Positions 39,745-51,089 of a stretch of DNA of 64,000 bases are shown here, piece by piece (position 1 is the stretch's first letter; each line of letters begins with the position of its first letter). This DNA is from Isurus oxyrinchus (taxonomy: Eukaryota). The notes under the pieces were generated by a model. The model saw nothing but the letters and a program-made list of their open reading frames with translations, had not been told where the DNA came from and did no database searches. The stretch is from NCBI GenBank assembly GCA_026770705.1, contig JANJGN010000012.1:38688001-38752000 (forward strand), read 5' to 3'. Position numbers and translations under genes: made by a program.

Positions 39745-40478
39745 TTGATGTAATAAAACATCCCTAGGTGCATTAGGGGAGTGAAAACAAACAAAATTGG
39801 ACACTGATCCACAAAAGGAGATATTAAGACAGATGACCAAAACCTTTGTCAGAGAGATAGGTTTTAAGGTGTGACTTAAAGAAGGAAAGAGGTAGACAGG
39901 CAGAGCGAGTTAGGGAAGGAATTCCACAGATTGGGGCCCTGGCAGCCAAATGATGAAACAATTAAAATTGGGAATGCTCAAGATGCCAGAATTATCAGTG
40001 CAGAGACCTCAGGAAGTTGTAAGGCTGGAGGAGATTACAGAAGTAGGGAGGGGTTTGCTTAACTGGAAGCCACAGTTGCTCAGTGAGCAAAGGGAAGATG
40101 GATGAGTGAGACTTGGTGTGAGTTAGGAAATAGACAACAAAGTTCAGATCACCCCAAGTTTTTGGAGAGTAGATGAGGCGATCCAGGAGTGTATTGGAAT
40201 AGTCAAGTCCAGAGGTAACAGAGGCATGATGAGGATTTCAAAGGTAGATAAGTTGAGGTAAGGATGTAGTCGGGCAATGTCATTGGGGTGGAAATGGGAA
40301 GTCTTAATGATGGTGTGGATATGTGGTAGGAAGCTCATCTCAGGGTCAAATATAACAAATATATATTTACAAATAAAACACCAGGTTTACAGATAGTCAG
40401 GTTCAGCCTCAGACAACTGCCAGGGTAGGGATGAAGTCAATGCCAAGGGAATGGAGCTAGTGACGGTATGAAGACAAT
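39745..40478 (-). mobile_element. L2 LINE 3' portion; resumes briefly after 41718
   Basis: ORF SFLPHIHTIIKTSHFHPNDIARLHPYL..; reverse complement of 57630-58400. Confidence 0.8.
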
Positions 40479-41718
40479 TGCTGGAATTTTTTGGCCCTGT
40501 TGGCATCAGGAGTCATGGCGGGCAGGGGAGGACAGTATGGTGAGAGGACCAAAAATCAGTTTCATGCCATTGTGAAATCAGTTTGCAATTGTTCGCTCCA
40601 CCCATCGATGGCGGGACACATTTCCCACCGCACACGTCAGGAACCTAATTTCAATACTTTAGCACCTCATTATAAGTCCTGCTCCCCGGAATCATCCCCC
40701 AAGCTGGATCATCTGGGCACGTTGGCATGATTGCATGCCGGCGTGTTTCACAATTGTACATAAGCAGTGTGCACCTGGTGAGCTGCACCTTTGCTCGGGA
40801 CCTCAAAGTTTGCCTACCTTGCTTCGGTCAGCAGCTGCAGTCATCAGCACCAGGCTTCACAGGCAGCACCACATCACTTTTAGGGGGGCTCACAGGCAGG
40901 TCTCTACCTATCAGATCAGCCATAAGGCGGGGGTAGCTTTTCAATGGCTGCAATGTAAGGGTTGTATTGGGGAAGAGGGGTATCCAAGGGTGTGTGGGGG
41001 CACATGTTGGCAACTGGTCTCAAGGTGGTGAGGGCTGAGGAGGCAGTCTCCAGAGGAGAGGAGGCCAGATGGAGGTGTGAAAGTGTTTGTGAGAGAGTGG
41101 GTGAGTGATGTCCCTTGAGCTGGCAGTGAGTGAGATGCCAGTGAATGTGTGATGACCTTGTGAGTGTGTGAGTTTAGAGTGATAAGACTATTGCCTTACC
41201 CTGGTGGCACGGATGAGATAATTTATCAGTTTTCTGTACTGGATGGCTGGCCTCTTGTGTGCAGCATTGGCACTGACCACCTCTGCCACAGCCTCCCAAG
41301 CAGGAGTGGTGAGATTGATGGGCCTCTTGCGGCCAGAGTTGGGGCCGAGGACATCGTGGTGGGCCACCATAGCATCCAGAAAGTGTCCTAGAGATGTGTC
41401 ACCAAATTGGGGGGCTGCGCTCTTCTTGGCTTTTGGGGCCATGTCTTCACCAGAGCAGTACTGGGCTGCAAGCATGGAGAAGTGTGCGCGCAACTGCAGT
41501 TTAAATATGGCGCCCTGCATAAGGAAGTGGTGAGGTAACAATGTGGCAGGCAAATCAGAGCTGCCCACCAGCAAGACAGAGTTTTTCCTGTGGCTGCATA
41601 ATTACTGAGGTGGGAATGGGGCCATACAGCACAAAAACCCACCATTGCAGCTGGTGGGTGAAGCGACTTTTTACCTGTCTGCTACTGCGCTTAGTGCAAA
41701 CCTGGGACAATCCTGTCC
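40479..41718 (-). mobile_element. Harbinger deletion derivative inserted in L2, TSD AAT
   Basis: aagac-AAT-tgctggaatttt..acaatcctgtcc-AAT-ggcttt; removal restores L2 aagacaatggct. Confidence 0.88.
41200..41442 (-). CDS. Open first exon of the Harbinger Myb/SANT-like (trihelix) DNA-binding protein (81 codons)
   Basis: ATG..MAPKAKKSAAPQFGDTSLGHFLDAMVAHHDVL..PAWEAVAEVVSANAAHKRPAIQYRKLINYLIRATR, followed by donor AGG|GTAAGG. Confidence 0.65.
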
Positions 41719-41769
41719 AATGGCTTTTGTCTTCTCAATATTTATCCAGAGGGAATTTTGGCTCATCCA

Positions 41770-42238
41770 TTATTGGATGTTCAGCACCATTCACAATTCC
41801 TCAGATACTGAAGCAGCCCATGTCAATATGCAGCAAGACCTAGACAACATTCAGGCTTGGGATGATATGTGCAAGTAACAATTGCGCCATACAAGTGCCA
41901 GGCAAATACCATCTCCGATAAGAGAGAATTAACCATCTCCCCCTGACAGTTATCATCACTGAATCTCTCACTATCAACATCCTGGGGGTTACCATTGACT
42001 AGAGACTGAACTGGACCAACCATATAAATAGTGTGGCCAGCGGGATCGAGGCTGGAGTTTTGTGATGAGTAACTCACTTCCTGACACCCCAAAGTCTGTC
42101 CACCATCTATAAGGCACAAGCCAGGAGTGTGGTGAAATACTTTCCACTTGCCTGGATGAGTGCAGCTCCCATAACACTCAAGAAGCTTGACACAATTCAC
42201 AACAAAGCAGCCCACTTGATCAGCACACCATGCACCAC
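41770..42238 (+). mobile_element. Second CR1-group LINE family, RT C-terminal fragment
   Basis: MQQDLDNIQAW; TIYKAQARSVVKYFPLAWMSAAPITLKKLDTIHNKAAHLI. Confidence 0.85.
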
Positions 42239-43341
42239 CCTAACCATTGCGGTCGGTTTCATATCCTCACTCCCTCCCCACGGCTGTAACACTTTTAAGT
42301 CTTGTGCTCCGTGCCTGAAGTTGAAATTATGAGCTTGCTGGCATCTTTGTTGCTCCTTATGCTTTTTAACTTTCCAATGATCATCTGAGGTAATATTAGG
42401 TTGCAGCATTTGTTGTAGAGATGGAAGTTGTGTTCGCAGCCTCTTGCAAAAAACAATTCTGGTGATGAGAACCCATTTTTTAGCAGTGAGGTTCTGTAGC
42501 TAGGATGGGCTAAGTTCATATATTTGTTCTTTTTCATCAATTCTTTGATTATCTGAACTCTTCTTTCTGCTTCTCCATTCAACAGAGGATATCTAGGTGA
42601 GCTAGTCAGATGCATGAAAGCATATTCCTGTGCGAAGTTGTGAAATAATTTGTTAGCAAACTAAGGCCCATTGTCTGATACTACAAGGTCTTGGATGCCA
42701 TGTGTCACGAGGATTCTCTTCAGTGACTGAATGCCTGCCTCCGCCACGATGCTGTGCAATCTGTTCACTTCAATCCATCTGGAGTAGTAATCAGTGACCA
42801 TGATAAATGCTTTGCCTTTAAACTCAAGTATATCCATTCCCAGGTGCTCCCCATGGCCTCAACGGAAAAATGGAGGGTGCCAGTGTTTCACTCTGCAGTT
42901 GGCTAATTTGCACACGTAAGACAATTTGAGATTAGCTCTTCAACAGATGACAAATGCCTGGCCACCAGACTGACTGCTGGGCTCTTGCTTGACACTTCGT
43001 TATCCCCAAGAGACCTTGATGTATTTTTTTTTAGAGAATTCCAAATCAAAGGGTGGAAAAATCCCAGATCAGCACTAAATGCGGCAGCGGGTGTGGTGGG
43101 GTGGGGGGGGTGGAAGAAAGCTTTTCCCATCGGCTGCAATGGCTGCTTTTCAAGCCATTTCATCCCAATCCTGCCTTATTAATTATGCATTCCAGGGAAA
43201 CACACCATTTGGATGGTGGGTGGACTCTCATTCGCACACCGTGCTGTAACCTCTCCGCTTCCTCACGCCGGTGCCATATATATAGTGCAGTCGCGCACAC
43301 ACCTCTCAGTACTTCCAGCCCAGGACTGCTGCACAAAAAAC

Positions 43342-44080
43342 ATGGCCCCAAAAGGCAAGAAGACTGGAGCCTCCCCCCACCCAGTTTAGTGACACATCCC
43401 TTGGGGACCTTTTGGATGCCATGGAGGCCTGCCATGATGTCCTGTACCCACCGCTCTGGCCGCAGGATGGGCAGCAACATCACCAATCTGGCTTGGGAGA
43501 CGGTGGCAGCAGTGGTCACTCTCTCCATCTGTATTCATGCAGGACAAGCTGGCACACAGCAAGAGGGAGAGATCGCAGACCAGTGGAGGAATGCCCGACA
43601 TCAAGGTTCTTACAGGCTTTGAAAATCAAATTATCCAGCTGGCCGGTGAGGATCTGGTGATGAAGTCGGCAGTGCTCTACCAAGTGAAGATCCAGCAGGG
43701 AAACATCCATCAGACAACCATGCTGTGAGTGATGTGTCCTCCATGCACTAATTATCTCCGCTTGCTTTCGTAGGCACATCTGGGAAACAGCGGAGGGAGT
43801 CCACGGCCCAGGGCCTCCAATCAAGCCCCAAGGACAGCGCAGAAGAAGAATCTGATGGCACCCTCCTTGAAATCCCATCACAGTGCTCACCTACACCCTG
43901 TAGCAGTGCAGAGTCACAAACCTCGGTGGGACCTAGTTCTAGAGTAGCCTCTGGAGATAATCTGGTGAGCACATCACACTGTCTGATACACAGCAGATGG
44001 AGGCAGGGACTTCCCAGGTTTCCGGCACTTGGAGGACTTCTGGAGTCTAGAAATTTGCTGAATCTGAGTCAGATAATGAG
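43342..44080 (+). pseudogene. Harbinger Myb/SANT-like accessory protein (frameshifted)
   Basis: MAPKGKK..DAMEACHDVLYP..RRMGSNITNLAWETVAAVV; second exon DKLAHSKRERSQTSGGMPDIKVLT. Confidence 0.75.
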
Positions 44081-44089
44081 CTGCCATGT

Positions 44090-44950
44090 GGGTGTCATCA
44101 GCCATGTCCTTTGCAGTAGCCCTTGTCCCCGAGGAGCAATCCCTGCAGTCTCTGTGTACTTTGAAGATGTCAGGGATCTGTGACCCACTGAGAATGTAGG
44201 AGTTGTGGACACTGCCTGGGAACCATGCGCAGAGCTGCAGGATTCGTTTGTGGTGGTCGCACACCAGCCAAACATTCAGCGAGTGGAAGCCCTTGGGGTT
44301 GACCTAGTTGACCGCTTGTTGCCATGGAGATCTAAGTGCCATGTGATCGATGGCACCCTGCATCTGTGGGAAACCTGAGATCTGGGCAAATCCTAGCATA
44401 CTTGCATCCTGACTTTCCTGATCCCAGGCGAAATGCATAAAGTTATGTGCCTTCACGAAGCTGGCATCCGTGACCTCATGGATTCATTTTTGGGTGGAGG
44501 CTTGTGAAATCCCACAGAGCTCACCCATGGATCCCTGAAAGGAGCCATTGACATAAAAATTGAGCACCACAGTCACTTTCACGGCCATGACAGTGGATGT
44601 CTTCCATGTCCCCTTGGCACCAAATCCTGCAACAGGTGGCAGTTATAACCGGCCAGTTCCCTGGACATGTGCAGTCTTTGGTGACACTGGTTCTTGGTCA
44701 TCTGCAGGAATAAAAGGCGGCGTCTATAGACCCTGGGCCTAGCTAGGCGCCGACCAGCAATGACTCGCTGTGGCTCTTCAGCGATATGTGCGGGAGGCCC
44801 AGCCACCCCTTCTTCCTGAGAGTTCTGCTCCTCCCCCTGCACAGCCAGGTCCCCCTGTCGCTCTCTTCCCCTTTGTCTCCCTCTCTGTACGCCAAGAGGC
44901 ATGCAGCTAGCTCACCAGACTCCATGCTCCTGATGTACTCCTCCTGTAGG
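44090..44950 (-). pseudogene. HARBI1-like DDE transposase (disrupted, C-terminus deleted)
   Basis: RVYRRR..RLHMSRE; LNFYVNGSFQ..CGISQAS; GFPQMQGAID; KGFHSLNV..VCDH..FPGSVHNSYIL. Confidence 0.88.
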
Positions 44951-47313
44951 ATAAAAGCGAGAGATGCGTGGGTTAGCATGAGTGCTCTAAGAACCGCTCT
45001 TTTTTAAGTCTGAATGCCCCTTATCACATCTCAGAAAGTGCTGGCCACCAATGGATGACCAGAGTTTAGTGCTCTGCATCACTGCGCAAGACTCCGCCCA
45101 ACTCCACCCGACTCTACCTGACTGATTGGCAGCAGCTCTGCCCATTGGACTGCATGCTGTGCTCTCAGCTCAGGTGCAGGCATTCACCTATCTCATGCTA
45201 CAAGGCTGCTCTGTTAGATTAAAACATGGGGGAGACTGTTCCAAACCTGAATGATGATATTGCAAGGGGCTGTGAGCACCTCCACCAGTGATGACTCCAT
45301 GGCCAGCTTTAGCAATGAGATTGTACAATGTGCGCAGGCATCCAACTGTTCCCCCCTAAAATGCTCATTATTTTGCAGTCTGCGCCCAGGGTGAAGAACT
45401 TTGGAGCATTTGGTGGCATTTTCAGGCCTCTGTGTTGCTTGAGTGGGCAGGTAAGCTACAGGCCCAACTCCAAGCATGACCATATGGCTGCATCTGAACT
45501 GTCTCAGCTGCGGAGGAATGGTCACTTTATACAAGGTTTCCTTTATACATGGCCACTTCCCTCCCCTCCCCCGGAGGTGCTTATGCACTACCGTCAACTG
45601 CTGGGTAGTCCTTGCCCCGACACCGCACTGTGAGCCAGCCGGGAAAAAGCGACTTGTCTGTGGCCTCACCTGAATGCATGGCACCTCAACCTTAAAGTCC
45701 AACAGGCGACCCTCATGAGCGCTGCATAGCGTTACTGTGCATTCCCCTCCGAGTTCCCCTCCGAGTTCCCCTCGAAGTGCAGCTCGCCAGGTATATACGC
45801 TGTTGTGAAACACGTGAGCATGCAATCATGCCAATGTGCTCGGGTGATCCAGCATGGGGGGATGATTCTGGCGAGCTGCACTCATAATGATATGCAGGTA
45901 TTACAATGAAGTTCCCGATGTCTGACAATGTGAAACACGGCCCGCCATTGACAGGCAGAGCAGATAATTGCAAACTGGTTTCATGATGTTGTGAAACCAA
46001 TTTTTGGCCATCCTGCCATATTTTCCCCACACGCCCGCCATGATGCTATGACACCCGACTCCAGCAGGCATAGAAAATTCCGCCTAAAGTGTTTAAGGGG
46101 TGACGAGTCTGTTGTTAAAAATTAAGAAATCATCAATGATTATGAGATGCTTTCTCTGTTCAAAGTAATGGAGTAGTACTGGGTTGCTTGGAGAATAATC
46201 TGGTCATCCTCTCTGGCAATACTCTTTTATTTGGATTCTTTCATCATCCTGCTGTTGTACTTGCTTAATCTCATATAGTCTCTTCTCAGTGGCCAGTAAG
46301 TGTTTGGTTATGAGTGAACGACATGCTTTCTCTTCCTCCATGAAATTCAAATCTTCTAGTTTGACGCCTTCCACTGGTATTCTTGATAGTGCATTTGCTG
46401 TCGCCTGGTACATTCCTTGAACGCACTCAATCGCTGTATTGTATCACATTAGTCTGAGTCTGAAGTGTTGAATTCTTGTTGATATTTTTTGGGCAATCTC
46501 TTTTAGGTTAAGAACAATAACCAAAGGCTTGTGGTCAGTTTCAATTTTAAAGCTTAATCCCATCACATAATCAGAGAACTTCTCATATGGCCTTGTGGCT
46601 GCCAGTGCTTCTTTCTCAATTATTTGCATGCCTTTTCTCAGTGTCTGAGTGATCCTGAGGCATAATAAACTAGTTTTCTTTTTCCATGTTTTTGAAACAA
46701 AACTACAATCAAGCCTCTAGATGATGCATCTGCTGCTACTATGATCGGCAGTTCTGGATCATAGTGTGCTAGGATTTCAGGTGAAATTAGAACATTTTTG
46801 ATCCTGTCAAAAGCACTTTGCTGCTTCACATTCCAGCACCACTGTTGAATTTTTCTCAACAGTTGTTTTAACAGCTCATTGATTTCTGCCGAGTTTGATA
46901 GGAACTTGCCTATTTGGTTGACCAGCGCAAGGAATCATTGCAACTCTGTGATGTTCCTATGCTGTGGGGACTCTCTAATCACCTAGGTTTTCTGAGGGTC
47001 AGCTGTTACTCCTGAAGCTTGCACGATGTGCCCTAGGAATTAAATCATTGACTTTGGAAATTCACATTTCTCGTTCACTGTCAAACCTGCTTCTTGTCAA
47101 ACTTTAAGGACTGTTCTCACTACGGTCATGTTCTTTTCCTGATGAACCATGTACGACCATGTCATCCATATGGCATATTACTCCCTTGATGCCTTCCAGG
47201 GTCTGAGACATTGTTCTTTGGAATATCGCTGGTGCAGAAGCAATTCCGAATGGTAACCTGTGAAAACAATAATGGCTGAATGGCATTACACAAGTCTGGA
47301 TTCTTTGTCCTGT

Positions 47314-47540
47314 GAACATATGAATTAGGAGCAAGAGTAGGCCACTCGAGCCCTTCCAGCCTGCTTAGCCATTTAATAGAGTTATGGCTGATCTGATTTT
47401 AACCTCAATTTCACCTCCCTGCCTACCTCACTCCCTTGCTTTATCAAGAAACTATCTACTCTGCCTTAAAGGTATTCAAGGACTCTGCCTCGACTACCTT
47501 TTGGGAAAGAGAATTCAAAAGTCTCGCAGCCCTCTGAGAC
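47314..47540 (-). mobile_element. CR1 3' end / HE1-like fragment inserted in the Gypsy RT
   Basis: gaacatatgaattaggagcaagagtaggccactcgagccc..; homologous to 58705 and 63555. Confidence 0.8.
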
Positions 47541-47883
47541 AACTGCCAGTTATCTCAGAGGCAACAGCCAAAAGCTACTACTTACTTCTAATTTGGTGAA
47601 TAGGGCATATTTTGCTAATTGGCAAGACTTTCAGCCACTGATGCCATCAGATGGATCTCATGTTCCATTGGCTTGTTTAGTTGAGTCAAGTCCACACAGA
47701 TTCTAACTGAGCCATTAGGCTTTGGTACTGTGACCGTCCCAGAACACCCCTTTGTCGGAATGGTTACTGGAGAGATAAAAACAAAAAAACAAAAAAAAAA
47801 CTGCGGATGCTGGAAATCCAAAACAAAAACAGAATTACCTGGAAAAACTCAGCAGGTCTGGCAGCATCGGCGGAGAAGAAAAG

Positions 47884-47922
47884 AGTTGACGTTTCGAGTC
47901 CTCATGACCCTTCGACAGAACT
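47884..47922 (-). ncRNA. Minimal type-I hammerhead ribozyme motif (variant core CUGUCGA)
   Basis: AGUU-CUGUCGA-A-GGGUC-AUGAG-GACUC-GAAACGUC-AACU: stem I, stem II, palindromic ACGU stem III, GUC site. Confidence 0.8.
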
Positions 47923-48300
47923 TGATTTCGAGTCCAAGAAAGAGTTGAAATATAAGCTGGTTTAAGGTGTGTGTGTGGGGGGCGGAGAGATAGAGAGAGA
48001 GAGGTGGTTGTGTGGATAAACAAGCAGTGATAGAAGCAGTTCATCAAAAGATGTCAGCGACAATGGTACAATAGAACACATAGGTGTTAAAGTTAAAGTT
48101 GGTGATATTATCTAAACGAATGTGCTAATTAAGAATGGATGGTAGGGCACTCAAGTACAGCTCTAGTGGGGGTGGAGGGAGCATAAAAGATTTTAAAATA
48201 TTTAAAAATAATGGAAATAGGTGGGAAAAGAAAAATCTATATAATTTATTGGGGAAAAAAAAGGGGGAAACAGAAAGGGGGTGGGGATGGGGGAGGGAGC

Positions 48301-51059
48301 TCACGACCTAAAGTTGTTGAATTCAATATTCAGACCGGAAGGCTGTAAGGTGCCTAGTCGGAAGATGAGGTGTTGTTCCTCCAGTTTGCGTTGGGCTTCA
48401 CTGGAACAATGCAGCAAGCCAAGGACAGACATGTGGGCAAGAGAGCAGGGTGGAGTGTTAAAATGGCAAGCGACAGGGAGGTTTGGGTCATTCTTGCGGA
48501 CAGACCGCAGGTGTTCTGCAAAGCGGTTGCCCAGTTTACGTTTGGTCTCTCCAATGTAGAGGAGACCACATTGGGAGCAACGAATGCAGTAGACTAAGTT
48601 GCGGGAAATGCAAGTGAAATGCTGCTTCACTTGAAAGGAGTGTTTGGGCCCTTGGACGGTGAGGAGAGAGGAAGTGAAGGGGCAGGTGTTACATCTTTTG
48701 CGTGGGCATGGGGTGGTGCCATAGGAGGGGGTTGAGGAGTACGGGGTGATGGAGGAGTGGACCAGGGTGTCCCGGAGGGAGCGATCCCTATGGAATGCCG
48801 ATAAGGGGGGTGAAGGGAAGATGTGTTTGGTGGTGGCATCATGCTGGAGTTGGCGGAAATGGCGGAGCGTGATCCTTTGAATGCGGAGGCTGGTGGGGTG
48901 ATAAGTGAAGACAAGGGGGACCCTATCATGTTTCTGGGAGGGAGGAGAAGGCGTGAGGGCAGATGCGCGGGAGATGGGCCGGACACGGTTGAGGGCCCTG
49001 TCAACGACCGTGGGTGGAAAACCTCGGTTAAGGAAGAAGGAGGACATGTCAGAGGAACCGTTTTTGAAGGTAGCATCATCGGAACAGATGCGACGAAGGC
49101 GAAGGAACTGGGAGAATGGGATGGAGTCCTTACAGGAGGCGGGGTGTGAGGAGTTGTAGTCGAGGTAGCTGTGGGAGTCGTTGGGTTTGTAATGGATATT
49201 GGTGGACAGTCTATCACCAGAGATTGAGACAGAGAGGTCAAGGAAGGGAAGGGAAGTGTCAGAGATGGACCACGTAAAAATGATGGAGGGGTGGAGATTG
49301 GAAGCAAAATTAATAAATTTTTCCAAGTCCCGACGAGAGCATGAAGCGGCACCGAAGTAATCATCGATGTACCGGAGAAAAAGTTGTGGAAGGGGGCCGG
49401 AGTAGGACTGCAACAAGGAATGTTCCACATACCCCATAAAGAGACAGGCATAGCTGGGGCCCATGCGGGTACCCATAGCCACACCTTTTATTTGGAGGAA
49501 GTGAGAGGAGTTGAAGGAGAAATTGTTCAACGTGAGAACAAGTTCAGCCAGATGGAGGAGAGTAGTGGTGGATGGGGATTGTTCGGGCCTCTGTTCGAGG
49601 AAGAAGCTAAGGGCCCTCAGACCATCCTGGTGGGGGATGGAGGTGTAGAGGGATTGGACGTCCATGGTAAAGAGGAAGAGGTTGGGGCCAGGGAACTGGA
49701 AATTGTTGATGTGACGTAAGGTGTCAGAGGAATCACGGATGTAGGTGGGAAGGATCTGGACAAGGGGAGAGAGAAGGGAGTCAAGATAACGAGAAATGAG
49801 TTCTGTGGGGCAAGAGCAAGCTGAGACGATCGGTCTACCGGGGCAGTTCTGTTTGTGGATTTTGGGTAGGAGATAGAAGCGGGCCGTCCGAGGTTGGGCG
49901 ACTATCAGGTTGGAAGCTGTGGGAGGGAGATCCCCAGAGGAGATGAGGTCAGTGACAGTCCTGGAAACAATGGCTTGATGTTCAGTGGTGGGGTCATGGT
50001 CCAGGGAGAGGTAGGAGGAAGTGTCTGCGAGTTGACGCTCAGCCTCCGCGAGGTAGAGGTCAATGCGCCAGACAACAACAGCACCACCCTTGTCAGCGGG
50101 TTTGATGACAATGTCAGGGTTGGACCTGAGAGAATGGAGTGCAGTAAGTTCCGAGAGAGACAGGTTAGAATGGGTGAGAGGAGCAGAGAAATTGAGACGA
50201 CTAATGTCGCGCCGACAGTTCTCAATGAAAAGATCAAGAGAAGGTAAGAATCCAGAGGGAGGGGTCCAGGTGGAGGGAGAATATTGGAGATGGGTAACAG
50301 GATCCGTTGAACTGGGAGAGGACTCCTGCCCAAAGAAGTGAGTCCGGAGACGAAGACGGCGAAAGAAGAGTTCAGTATCATGCCGAGCCCGAAATTCATT
50401 GAGGTGAGGGCGTAAGGGTATGAAACTAAGTCCTTTGCTGAGCACTGAACGTTAAGCATCGGAGAGGGGAAGGTCAGGGGGTATAGTGAATACACGGCTG
50501 GGGTTGGGGTTGGAAGAAAGGGTGGGGACGGAGGGACAGGCAGGGGTGGAGGGTCCTAGATGGGTGTTGGTGTCGATGAGTTGTTGGAGCTTGTGTTCCT
50601 TAGCAGTTGAGAGAAAGAGAAAAAGTTTCTTGTTGAGGCGTCGGATGAGCTGAAGGATAAAATGAAACTGGGGGCACGCGCAGCTTTGAAAAAGGGTACG
50701 GCGGTGCTGCTGGAGGGAGAGGTCGAGTGTGTTCATATGGCGGCGCATGGCACTGAGTGTGGATTTCAGAATGTGACGGGAACAGCAGTCTGAGAAACGT
50801 TTTATGTCCCGGAGATACCGGTAATCCTGGGTGGGTTCGAAAGATGAGGGATGGAATTTCAGTTGAAATCCACGTGGGGTAAGTCGGAGACGGAGACAGT
50901 CACTGAGAAAGGAGATATGGCTGTGAAAACGGGTTTTAGTAAACACCTTGTCAAACACCAGGAGGGAAATGGAAAGCAAAGAAGGTGAACAAGGCAACAG
51001 AGAGATACGGAAATCTTGTCGCAGAGAGGAACAGAACTTCTTCAAGGAGGTAGGCATTT
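48301..51059 (-). pseudogene. PLE polyprotein (N-terminal domain, RT, Cys linker, GIY-YIG endonuclease) with one in-frame TAA at 50452-50454
   Basis: ORFs 50452-51081 and 48301-50445 are in the same frame (..LSDA*RSVLSKGL); motifs PADKGG, LPKIHK, GRPIVS, MDVQSLYTSIP, GVAMG, RYIDD, CPRKRCNTC, LVYCIRC..LYIGET..RFAEH. Confidence 0.93.
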
Positions 51060-51089
51060 CTTGAAGAGCAGTGGCAGTCAATTAAACAC

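Larger units (their letters stand above)
43051..46084. mobile_element. Two-gene PIF/Harbinger transposon (decayed) inserted in the Gypsy pol
   Basis: Ends gggtggaaaaatc..gaaaattccgcc, flanks AAA/TAA; removal rejoins Gypsy coding sequence; convergent Myb-like and transposase remnants. Confidence 0.9.

Noticed and set aside
45214-45825. 203-aa ORF as a third Harbinger gene
   Set aside because: No motifs; its 5' part overlaps subterminal sequence that is not conserved as coding in the sibling copies
50452-50454. In-frame stop as selenocysteine recoding (as in Naiad PLEs)
   Set aside because: The codon is TAA, not TGA, and the context fits a mutated Glu codon
48281-50495. Overlapping alternative-frame and antisense ORFs (285 aa, 196 aa, etc.)
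   Set aside because: Pro/Ser-rich shadows of the C-rich PLE ORF with no recognisable motifs
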